Positions 42,201 through 54,200 of a DNA stretch of 64,000 bases are shown here, piece after piece. The DNA lies in the NCBI GenBank assembly GCA_963805065.1, contig CAWDSS010000010.1, positions 472,359-536,358 of the forward strand. Direction: 5' to 3'. This DNA comes from Candidatus Omnitrophota bacterium. Lineage in GTDB: Bacteria; Omnitrophota; Gorgyraeia; Gygaellales; Profunditerraquicolaceae. Each line of letters starts with the position of its first letter. Position 1 is the first letter of the stretch. The notes under the pieces are model-generated. The model saw only the letters and a list, made by a program, of their open reading frames with translations. It was not told where the DNA came from and did no database searches. Position numbers and translations under genes: made by a program.

Positions 42201-45200
42201 CAACCACCACAACATCTTTTTCTCTACCGGTGGTGTAAATATTCACCTGTGGATTAACTACGCCTTGGATAAGATTAGTAGCAATCTGCCTTAAGAAGTT
42301 TTCAGCATGGGACAGGCGTATTGCAAACTCTTTGTAGCTAAGATCGAGGCCGATTACTGAGGCCATGTGTTTCATGTCATCAACGATAAACTCATATAGA
42401 TCTTTGGTCACTGGGTGATCGTAGAGGGTAATGGGGCTTGTGGCTTCCTTGCTTTCATACTTCTGCGGATTAATCAGCATATCGAGGTAATCGGGATGAT
42501 CCATGATGTAACGGTAGCCCACATAAGGCAGATAAGCAAGACCAGTTATAGGGCCTTCTTTCTTGACAAGGTTGGTAAGGGCATTACGGATATCGGTTGC
42601 TGAGGCAAGCCCTACGCCTTTTAAGAAAGCATGATCCACGGCGGTAGTAATAGGCACGGGTCTTTCTCCTCGCTGAATGAACAAGACTTTAATCGAATGA
42701 ACCTCTTTGTTGAAGCCATATTGGTTAGCCTTGGACTCAGGCAATTCTTCAAACTTCTGGATAGTATCTAGCGTAGGCTCCACGCCATAGTAAGCCGCCC
42801 AATTCTTGTAATCCTCTGTGTCTTTACGCATCTCCTGGGGTGCCTGGATAGAGCCTTTGATAATCGTGCCGTCCGTAAGGACAAACGGTATATTTTTGCC
42901 GTTTTCATCCTTCTCCATTTTATTCTCAGCCCATCTGTTATAATGGTCACCACCAACAAGATAAAATGCCTTAATGGGTTGTTTGGGATTCAGAGATAAA
43001 ATACGGAAGGTGTCATATTCGGCGTCGTAGCTGACGTTTTCAGAATAGCCGAATAACGGCGCAAAAATTTTCATTTGCTGCTCGGAGAGTTCATAGCGGT
43101 AAGGCTCTGTTACTTTTAAAATTTTCTTACGCCAATCCTTGCCGCTCTGGATATCGTAGTAGACTTTGTCTACTCTTTGCTCTGCAATCGCCTTGAAGCC
43201 AATGAGAAAATGATCCCACTGCGGCGGATTAGCTGCAATACCGAAGAGGGCAAGGTTTAAGACTCTGTCAACCACCACAACATCTTTTTCTCTACCGGTG
43301 GTGTAAATATTCACCTGTGGATTAACTACGCCTTGGATAAGATTAGTAGCAATCTGCCTTAAGAAGTTTTCAGCATGGGACAGGCGTATTGCAAACTCTT
43401 TGTAGCTAAGATCGAGGCCGATTACTGAGGCCATGTGTTTCATGTCATCAACGATAAACTCATATAGATCTTTGGTCACTGGGTGATCGTAGAGGGTAAT
43501 GGGGGAAGAAACCTTTCCTTCTTCTATCACAAAATTACCAAACGGATTATTTTCACTGGCACGTCTGGAATTATCAGCATAGATCTTCCATGTTTCACCC
43601 ATATCGGTTGAAAGCCGAGCAGTAAGTTCAAGCCTCTGGCCTGCTTTAATACTAATATATTTCTTGAAGACAATATTATGCCCCTTCAATTCACCGGGGA
43701 ACATCTGTCCGAGACTTTCCATCTCTGTAGCTTGACTGCATCCTATAAGCTCAGCCTGATAAACACCACCCATTGCTAAAGACATCATTGAGGTATAATT
43801 GTAAATTAACGCAGGCGATACATACGCTTCGACTGTTACTTCGTAAACATCTGATTTAAATTCTGTGACGTGCATATTCCCTAGCCAAACATTTTCAGGA
43901 TTGAAAATCTTATTGCTTTCTAAAGTCCACCAAAATTCAATATTGTAAAGATCAATTTCCACTATATGGTCTGTCAATTCCTCATAGGCTATCTCTTCCG
44001 TGGGCTCTAGAATAGAATCTGTTCCACGCAAACCTATCGCAACCTTACCTAACAGGGTGTGAGAAATTATTCCACCGAACTTTGTCAATAATAGAATCTC
44101 TTCCGCACCAATATGGCCTTTCCCCCACTCATCTTTAACACTGTTTCTACCGTACCCGTAAACGAGATGGGCTATGACGCGGCGAATGCCGTCTTTTCTT
44201 AACTTTCTAAACAATTCAACATGAAGCTTAAAACCTAACCCCTGGCCTTGATAGTCGTTATCCACAGCAGTTGAATATAAATTGTATTCTTTTATGGCAC
44301 CGTGATAACCGAGATAAGTAGCGATAATATAACCTACCAGTTTACCTTTACCTGTACGTGCCGTAAATGTAACGGTATCATTGTGATCCTGCGTCTCGAG
44401 CAAATCATTGACCAAATTATCATTTTTGTCTGTTGTCGGAAGAGAGGCTAGCGCGGCATAATCTTTTGTGCGGTCTAAGCGTTCTGCTTTTATAATAATA
44501 TTTTCGGTGGGAGATGAGGCGGAAAATTCCTCAGGCTGAGCTCTGGTTAATGCGGTATTGCCTAACCCGCGCGCTTCCAGATATTGCTCTGTGCCTTGAA
44601 ACACTACTGCTGAACCGGATAAATCCTTACCTATATTATGTACTCTGTCATGTGCTATACGTTCTAAAATATTGGCTAATGCCAGCGAATTAATTGTGTT
44701 ATTAGCATTATCCTGCGCTGGAATCGTTTTTTCTTGTGTCTCATCAGCCAATGGGCTGCCGGATTTTCCTTCCCTTCCCTCTAATTGCCTCTTTAATTCA
44801 TCAATTTTCTCTGTGGCGTTTTCTGTAGTAAAACCATTAATGAAACTTAAAGCTTCAGAATAATGAGGAATAATTACTTCTATCCCCTTCCGAATTTTAT
44901 AGATATAGGGATCTGGTTCCATATGACTACCAATATAGATTTGTCTATAAATAGGAATTTCCTCACCATAGTAACAATCAGCAGAAGTTCGATCGTATCC
45001 AATAAATTCGCCATTTATATAATCCTTTACTTCTCTTTCACAGCGTTCAGGTACTTCTATAAAGATTCCTTCAGAATCTTCTCGGAGCAATTTACTAATA
45101 TATTGGATCATCGTGTTGATATCGACGCCTTTTTTCTTAAGTTCAAATAGTTTAGGAATAGAGCACCTTAGAAAATCCTTATAACCAAATTCATAACAAT

Positions 45201-48200
45201 ATTTCTTATGCTTTTTTTCTTCGCTGTATTCTGTATGTAAGTCTTCTAGTAAATCTTCATATCTTAAATACCATACATCTGCTATGCCTTTGATTAATTC
45301 TAAATAACCTATCAATTCTTCAAGTGTTTCTAATTCAGCTAGTAATGCAGGTATAAAACCTCCCTGGAAAGTAATCCGGTAGAAGAAAGATTGATATTTG
45401 GCTAAATCAGTTGCAAAATCTTCGAGCTTATCCAATCCTTGAGCATATTTAGAAATATTGTCTTTTGACCATTTAGCTAGGCTAGGTACGGCATGCATTA
45501 AGACGCAGCATGGCAATAGCCCTTTATCTATTAATTTAATACCCAAATTAAATGAAAGTTTTAAAACCTCATTACTTTTTTCAAAATTACTACTAACTCT
45601 TATCAATTCTTTAACTATTATTGTAATATTATCTAAGGAGAATTTCTTTTGCTCGAGTTTCTGTTTAAATAAAGCCAAGATGTTCAAAGGCTCTCTGTTA
45701 TAATCTAATTCTGCTATCTTAAGTAATGAGTCTGCTGCGTATAAATCCTCTGTTTCCACTGTTATTTTAATCAAGGAATCTACTGAATCATAACCAATTG
45801 CAGTTAATACATGAAAAACTCTATTAGGATATCGACAATTCTTTGATTTGAGTGCACTTATGAGTGGATTGATTGCGCGTTTCCTTTGTTTAATAAGAAT
45901 ATTCGTCAGATCTGAGCGATTCCCTTCAAAGTCATTAACCATGTACTTTACTAAAAACTCTATATCTGGAATCGAGAGGTTCTGATATTCCATACGAGAG
46001 TAATAACGTAGTATTTTGTTAAGTTTCTTTTGTTCTTTTCTTCGTTCTTTATAATCTTTTGGTTGCAATACAACATCACTAACTATAGCTAGTAATATAC
46101 CTGTAACAAGAGTTAGTCCTAACCCGGAAGAAAGTACTATATCATAAGTTGAACATCCTCCAATTAAAGATAATAAACTAAACAAAAGTAAGATATATAT
46201 ACTTCTATAATTAATAATTTTATTTAATAAGCTTATTTTAATTGACTTGCTATAAGATTTATTAATCAAAGCGCAGAGCGTTTCCTTAGCTTTAATTTCA
46301 TCATATCCGGCTTTATAAAGCAAGGCTTCTTTGGCTAAGTCAGGTTGAGTGGTATATAGTGCTACGGTGAGTTCTGTTTGCTTTTGTGAAGCTTCCCGGT
46401 CTTTCTTTTGCGCTTTGAGAGCAAAGATTTCTTTTAAGGCTGCATGATTAGCTTTGGCTAAGTCTGGGGCACGGACTTTAAGATATACTAATTCATTCTC
46501 CAATACCTTCTTATATGCTTCTTTGGTCCAATCGTATAACATCTCTTTAGCTTTGGCTTCATTGTAACTGGCTTTATAAAGCAAGGCTTCTTTGGCTAAG
46601 TCAGGTTGAGTGGTATATAGTGCTACGGTGAGTTCTGTTTGCTTTTGTGAAGCTTCCCGGTCTTTCTTTTGCGCTTTGAGAGCAAAGATTTCTTTTAAGG
46701 CTGCATGATTAGCTTTGGCTAAGTCTGGGGCACGGACTTTAAGATATACTAATTCATTCTCCAATACCTTCTTATATGCTTCTTTGGTCCAATCGTATAA
46801 CATCTCTTTAGCTTTGGCTTCATTGTAACTGGCTTTATAAAGCAAGGCTTCTTTGGCTAAGTCAGGTTGAGTGGTATATAGTGCTACGGTGAGTTCTGTT
46901 TGCTTTTGTGAAGCTTCCCGGTCTTTCTTTTGCGCTTTGAGAGCAAAGATTTCTTTTAAGGCTGCATGATTAGCTTTGGCTAAGTCTGGGGCCTTAGCTT
47001 TGATGTTCCCTAGTTCGCTCTCCATTAATTTTCTATATGCCTCTTCAGTCCAAGTGTAGAGCATTTCTTTGGCCTTAGCTTCATCATAGCCGGATTTGTA
47101 GAGCAGGGCTTCCTGGAAAAGCACGAGTTGATCTTTCAGGTTATGTATAGTTAAAACCAATTCATAGAAAAGCTTTTTGGCTTTATCTAGATTGTTATCA
47201 GCATTGTCCAACATAAGCGCCTGAGCGGATTGAGAAGCTTCATTCCAAATCTCCTCTATGAGCGCTTGTTTATATTTATTGAGGGCGTCTTTAAATACCT
47301 TTTCTTTTGCTTTCTTTTGATCATTATTTGTAGCTTCTAAGGCAGCGGCTTTGGTATTTTCGTCAGCAGTATTCCATGTTTGGTCTATTAAGCCCTGAGG
47401 TGCTTTTTCTCTATCAAGAGCTTCTTTTAATTCCCTTGCGTGCGTCCAGGCAAAATTGTGGGCATGGTTAAAAGCAGCTATCAATTTAGTTTTCTCAGAT
47501 TTGTTTAAATCTAGGAGTTTATTCCTAAAAGCGGCCATAAAGAAGATACCATTATCCCAAAGTTGAGTAGCAACTTCTTGTTTTTGGACAGTAACGTGCT
47601 GTTTGTTTTCTTTCAGGCTAAAGATTTTCGCTAAGCTGGCGTGATTTGTTTTAGCCAAGTCTAAAGTTTCATCTATAATGTTGTCTAACTCATCTTCCAT
47701 CATCTTCCTATATGCCTCTTCAGTCCAGGCATAGAGCATTTCTTTGGCTTGAATTTCATCATAGCTGGATTTGTAGAGCAGGGCTTCTTTGGCTAAGTCA
47801 GGTTGAGTGGTATATAGTGCTACGGTGAGTTCTGTTTGCTTTTGTGAAACTTGCTGATCTTGCTGTTGCGCTTGGAGAGAAAGGATTTCTGCTAAGCTGG
47901 CGTGGTTTTTACTAGCTAAGCCTAAAGTACGCATCTTAATATCAAATAACTCATTCTCCATGACCTTCCTATATGCCTGCTCAATCCAATCGTATAGCAT
48001 TTCTTTGGCTTGAGTTTCATCATAGCCAGCTTTATAGAGTAAGGCTTCCTGGGATAAGAGAGTCTGGATGTTATATAGTGTTTCAGCGAGTCCTGTTTGC
48101 TTTTGTGAAGCTTGCTGCTCCTGCTTTTGCGCTTTGAAAGAGAAGATTTCTTTTAGGGCTGCGTGATTAGTCTTGGCTAAGTCTAGGGTTTTAGATGTGA

Positions 48201-51200
48201 TGTTATCTAGCTCACTTTCCATTAACTTCCTATATGCCTCTTCAGTCCAAGTATAGAGCATTTCTTTGGCTTGAGTTTCATCATAGCCGGCTTTGTAGAG
48301 CAAGGCCTCTTTGGATAAGACAGCTAAATTGTTGTATAGTGCTGCAGTGAATTCTGTTTGCTTTTGCGAATCTTGCTGGTTTTGCTGTTGAGCTTTGAGA
48401 GAGAAGATTTCAGCTAAGGTGAAATGATTTGCTTTGGCTAACTTATCAGCTTCAAAGCGGATAATATTTGCTTCTCTTTCCATATGAATTATATATGAGT
48501 TATAAATTAACGTGTCCAAATCTCCATAATTACCTTTTAAATCCTCGAACAACTGTTCTTCCTGTGTGGTTAACCTTTCTTCAATATGATTCTTAAGATA
48601 ATCTCGCACTTCACTAACTCCCAGACCCACGAGGTTACCAAGAACTATATTGTCTATTTTTCTATAAATCGGCAACTCAGTGCCATAACCAAGATATTTG
48701 TACACAACACCTATCTCTTCTTCTTTGCCTGGGAATAAAGGAGCTTGCTCTTTAACTAAAACCATGCCTTTTCCGTCATTCCAATGCGTTAATGTATCTA
48801 ACGCCTCTATAAACGCCCTTTCAGTTTCCTTTTGACTGATATCAATACCCAGCTTACCGGCAAGCTGCGCTATTGTGTAAACCATATAAATTGGAGGATG
48901 CCTATTAAAATATTCATCGAGCTTGCCTAATAATTCATTCTTGAGCTTGCTGAAGCGCCTTGCCTTTAGAATGCTACTGATTGGGCCAATAGTTAATAAG
49001 CCAATCCATAAATAGGAACTCCAAATTTCATGGATACCCAAGAAATTAATGAGATTTGAGCCGAAAAGCAAGGCTATAACCGATACTAAACCAGACCATG
49101 CATACCATTTATATTTTCCTGCATTTTCAACAATAGGATTCCAGACTGCATCAATAGTTGCCATTCCAACTTTACCGCCTTGGATATATGCCCGATAAAC
49201 GTTGCTATCAGGGAAGTATTTTCTCTTAACTGGTTTTAATGGTATTAAACCAAATAACCTTACGCCTTTATAAGCGAAGGTTTCTTTGCCTACTTTTAGC
49301 TCTTCTCCACTCCCTGTCTTTACGCCAAATCCTAAAATAAACAAGTCCTTCATAGCTTTTCTGAACATAAACCAACCACCAATAACCATCTCTATAACCC
49401 TCTCTCTGCGGTGTGCTTCCAATACCAACCAGCTAGCCAGTATCAATAAAGTAGGGATAGGCACAAATAAGCTATAAACACTTAATAAGAGAATGGTGGC
49501 AGTATCAGCAGATGTTTGCCTGCCGGTTAATGCGCTGCCATTTATTAAATCTTTAACCTTCAATATAAACCATACGCCTAATATGCCTGCCAAAAAGTAA
49601 TATCCTAAAACTAGGGATACTATTAAGCCTGTGGTACCCATAACCAACGGGACTACCTTACTTGAAGTGCGTGGTTCGGTATCCAGAGGATTATAAATAA
49701 ACATACCGCCGACCCAGTTATACATCATCAGGATGAACAAAGGAGCAACAAATAAGAATAGACTAGGTTCGTATGCCGCGAGCGTAAAAAGTAGTAGTAA
49801 AACGGGGGCTGCGGGCCGCGCTCCAAAGATATGGCGTAACAGTAAAACTCCATAAGTTTCTTTCTTGCTAGCCGGCTCTCTTGTTGATACCCTGAAATCA
49901 AAGAAACCCTTGAGGCCTCTTCTAAGGGCTGAATTGTCATACATCGGGATAAGCAGGGTAAAAATCCAGAAATAACCCGGATCATAGGCAGTGCCTTTAA
50001 TGAATGACAGTAGCCCTTTAGGTGAGCCATATTTTAAATTAAGCATGGCAACAGTTGCAAAGTTGATAGCCATAGCCATGCTGTAACCGGCTAATACAAA
50101 CATCCAATTAATTGGGAACGCATACGCAGGATTAATAGGCAAGACAACTGCAAATATATTAAATATGACATTAGTAATAAGGACTGCCAATTTCAAGCCA
50201 TAGAACGAACCCGGGGTATTTTGGTTATCATATTTTTCATTTAAAGGAATATTCGGGCTGACATTGAAACGCACAGCGCCTAACATATCCTCTAACTCTT
50301 CCTGGTCGGCAATATATTTCTCTTCCGGGTCAGCATTAAGGCCAACACTTTCACCCTTGCCGCCATAGAAATTAATCGCCTGAGTATAATACACTGAAGG
50401 GCCTTCGTTACGCATCATCAACACAAAATAAGCATCTTCTGCTACCAATGTATAAGGCAGGCAGATTGCCGGCATATTCCAAACATACTTATAGTCTGAG
50501 GCTATATTGGCTTTGGGTTTACGCGGCCTTACCTGTAAATCTACTTTAGCGCCGCCGCCTCTCCCGTAGAAAAGGACCATACCTTTCAGGGACTTCACCA
50601 ACTGCACCATAAAAGTCCAGGTAGTTTCAGAGATTTTAAACCCTCGCCTGACTATGGTGGCATCCGGGCTTATTACATCCATTGCCATAAGTAACACGCC
50701 ATATTCAGGATGATTAAAATGAGAAATAACATTCGGTAAGAACATACATCTACTAAATGTACGGTGATGTGCTGCGTCTCCATAAAGCGCAAACGAAGTT
50801 AAATACCTTAAGTTCAATACCCAGCCCATGGCTTTGTATTGTGCATTTGCCTCTCCAAAACGTAACCTGCCGGTCATCATTGCTGCTCGCCAGGCGTCAG
50901 ATGCTTGAGTTGGAAAGCTATCAAAATCAGGATGAATATTTGCCCATAGTATCAGATGCTTTTTTAACAACTCAGATATGCCCGTAAGATTACCTTGAAG
51001 CAGATTATCAATCTTAGTGCCATCTTGAAGTTCTTCTTGTAATGATAAATACTCCTCTTTTTTCTTTTCTAATTTTTCTCTATCTTCGGGTTTTTGTGGC
51101 TTTGCTAAGGCTTTATTACATTTTTCTATCTCTTTATTTATTAATCGAGATAATTCTTTTTCTCCCCTATATACCCGGATTAAACTCTCCAACAAAGTCA

Positions 51201-54200
51201 TTCCCGGAATCTTATAGGGATGAACAAATTCTTTATCATTCAAATCTTCCCATGAACATTCAGGGAAAAGCCCTCCTAATTCAGGGCCATTGAGATTAAT
51301 AATATTAATATTTTCTGGCCTAGAAGTATATTGTATCAATTGGTCTTTAATGTTTCCGCCAAGCCCACCCCAACCCATAGCATTAAAATTAATTTTATGG
51401 CGTTCGTCTATCAATTGCTCCAACAATCTATCAGCACGTAAATATGTTTCTTCGTCTTTGTCAAATTTGCCATACCTTAAGAAAGATTCAAACTCATCAT
51501 CCAGAAGGAAACTCAAAGAAACCCAATGTCGTCTCTTCAATTCTCCCAACAAAGCAATATTCTTGCCATCAACTTCCTTTGCAATGTCAGCTTGATTTAG
51601 AACAACTTCTATCTTATTCCTCAATGCAATCCTTTCTTGTGTTTCTCTACCGGTATTTGTATCTCTTTGCGACCCGAATGTCTCTTTCAGTTTCTTGTAA
51701 GTCTTAGGTAATTCTTCCTCTCTGGCCTCACCTTCCGGCATATTTTCTGACTTGTCCTCCAGCCCGCTTTCTAATTCATCTTCTAACCACAAACGCAACA
51801 CTTCTCTATTAAGCTTGCATGATTCGACGCTTCTTAAGATGACCTGCTGCGTAAAATAAACCCACTCGGAGATTTTCTCTAGTACCAAATCCTGCTCTTC
51901 CTTATTAAGAGATAAGCTACTTAGGATATCATTTGCAGCTTTAGGTGATTCAAACTTAGCTGCTAAAAGCTTGGCTTTATCTGCCTCTGTTTTGATATAG
52001 CCGTCTATAAATAATAATTCCACAAAGTATTTCCATTCTGCGCTATAGGTATCTATAAGATTATATAGCAAGGTAGGATAAGCCACTGACTTTTTATCAG
52101 ACTTGCCTGTCCCTTTTCCTTGAGAATCAGTTAGTTCTTTTACTAAACCAACAATGCTGTTATTGCCTACCCATGGCGGGCCAACCGGCTCTTGATAACC
52201 GGAAATCTGGTCTGTTATATGAGGCGCTTCTTCAAAATACATCTCTAAAGCCGGGATTCCTTCAGGAGCATTCTTGGTGAAATAGGTATTCAAATACCAC
52301 CTCAGCTCATCCCGCATCTCTGAAATTAAATTACCCGGCAGCCGATACTTAGAAAGTTCCCTGTATTGCTCAACGCCAATCTTACGCGACAATAGCCATT
52401 TATTTAAGTTTATCTGATAACGTGCTAAACCACGCTCTCGTAATTTCGCATTATCTGTCTCTCCCTTGAGGCGGAAAATGTTGAATCCCAACCTGACTAT
52501 AATTTCAGTAAGTTTATAAATATTTTTTAACAAATAGGAAATTATAGAGGCTATGATAAGACCTTTCGCCATCTGAGATACCAAAGCCGCGCCAACCAAT
52601 GTTGCTATTCCAAAATAATTATTCATTAATAGGATTGCCGTGTTAATCCCTATGGAAATAAACTCTAATGCACGTATCCTAAATAATATAAATTTAGCTG
52701 AATATAATATAAGTTTAGCTAAATCCCAAAGGGAAGCAGTTCTGCCCATTAATTTAAGCCCAAACTTAATCTCGCTATCAGTACTAAGAGTGTAGCGACC
52801 TACTTCGCGATGGGCCTTGCGTGACACTAACCAAGTGCCCCAGGAATTAACCGCACGGACCATAAGGAAACTGAACAACATCCATATAGAGTGCATTAAG
52901 GGTATTATCAATGCCCAGTGAAGGAAGGTATCCAAGCCCACAGCTAATCTTTCTGGAGGCATGCTGAATATCCACATGAATACCAACATCAATAAGGAGA
53001 GGCGCGGGACAATCCACATGTACATCCTGGTATAATACTTGACGCCTTCCTTAACCTTTTGCTTATCTTTCTCCGATAGCTCATTCCATTGCTCTTCGGA
53101 CATGCCTGTATGAATCTTATGCTTTTTATCATAAAATCTCGTTACACGCGGATCATTAAGCTGTTCAGCAAGAACGTTAAGGAAACCTGGTTTGCCTTTG
53201 GTATGTTCTTCAATAAAAGCCTTAATGCGCTTATTCAACCTGTGATAAACTATTTTATTAATCCCCACCCAAATAAATCCAACTAATGCCGCGATTAATA
53301 ATGTGGGGCCTGCCAATAATAAAGTAATGGCAAAAATATTGAATGACTGCGAAATCAATAGTGAGCTGGTCATAAAAGAACCCAACACTTGAGCCACCAG
53401 AGGAATTATAAGATTGATGCCTGCTACTACATATCCCAACATAAAGTACTTAGCCGCCAACACTGCCGAGATACCGATTAAAACCCACTTTATGGTATTT
53501 GGCCAGAAATGAAGCAAACGCAGAGGCCGCAGATATTTCTTGGGGAACGTTGAGATAAATATTGTTTTATTCTGTCTAACTTCTTCTATCTCTTTGGCTA
53601 AGGCTTCATCTTCTGCCTTGAGCGAATCCATGATTTTATCAGGAACGATTTCATAGCCAGAGAGAGAATCAACCCTGTTAACTAAATGCGTGTTTTGTGT
53701 TCTTTCCAGGGCATGCTTTAACTCATTAACAGTGAGCTTGCCCTTAAAATGCGCAAGTAAGTAGGAAACGAATTTCGAATCCACCAATTCATGCAACAAC
53801 ACAGAACGTTGATTATGTTCGAGCGCAATCAAAATTTGCACTAAAAGCTGTTTGGAAGGTATATGTTCATCCTGCAAATCGCGTAGCGAAACGCCGTTCT
53901 TTTCTTTAAGCAATTCTGTATTTATCTTTTGCTCAAGCACATCTTTCAGCTTGGTTTCCTGACCACTGGCATCCCGCTTAACAGCCAAATTCTTTAAATG
54001 GCCTAAATTGACCTGCAATACTTCAAACGGATCATTGTAATCACAATAAGCGTAAAGCAAGTTCCAGCCCTCTTCTTGCAAAGTGAATCTCCAATCAAAC
54101 CCTTCGGTCTTTCTTATCCTATCGCTAAGTATTTCATTAAGTTCAACTTGAAGCAACATGTTTGCCAAGACAGTTTCGTCTCTGAATAACTCTACAATTT

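Noticed and set aside
41357-43504. IS element or transposon explanation for the 1,068-bp duplicated unit
   Set aside because: The copies are direct, contiguous and in frame, and they encode an ordinary module without transposase motifs or terminal inverted repeats.
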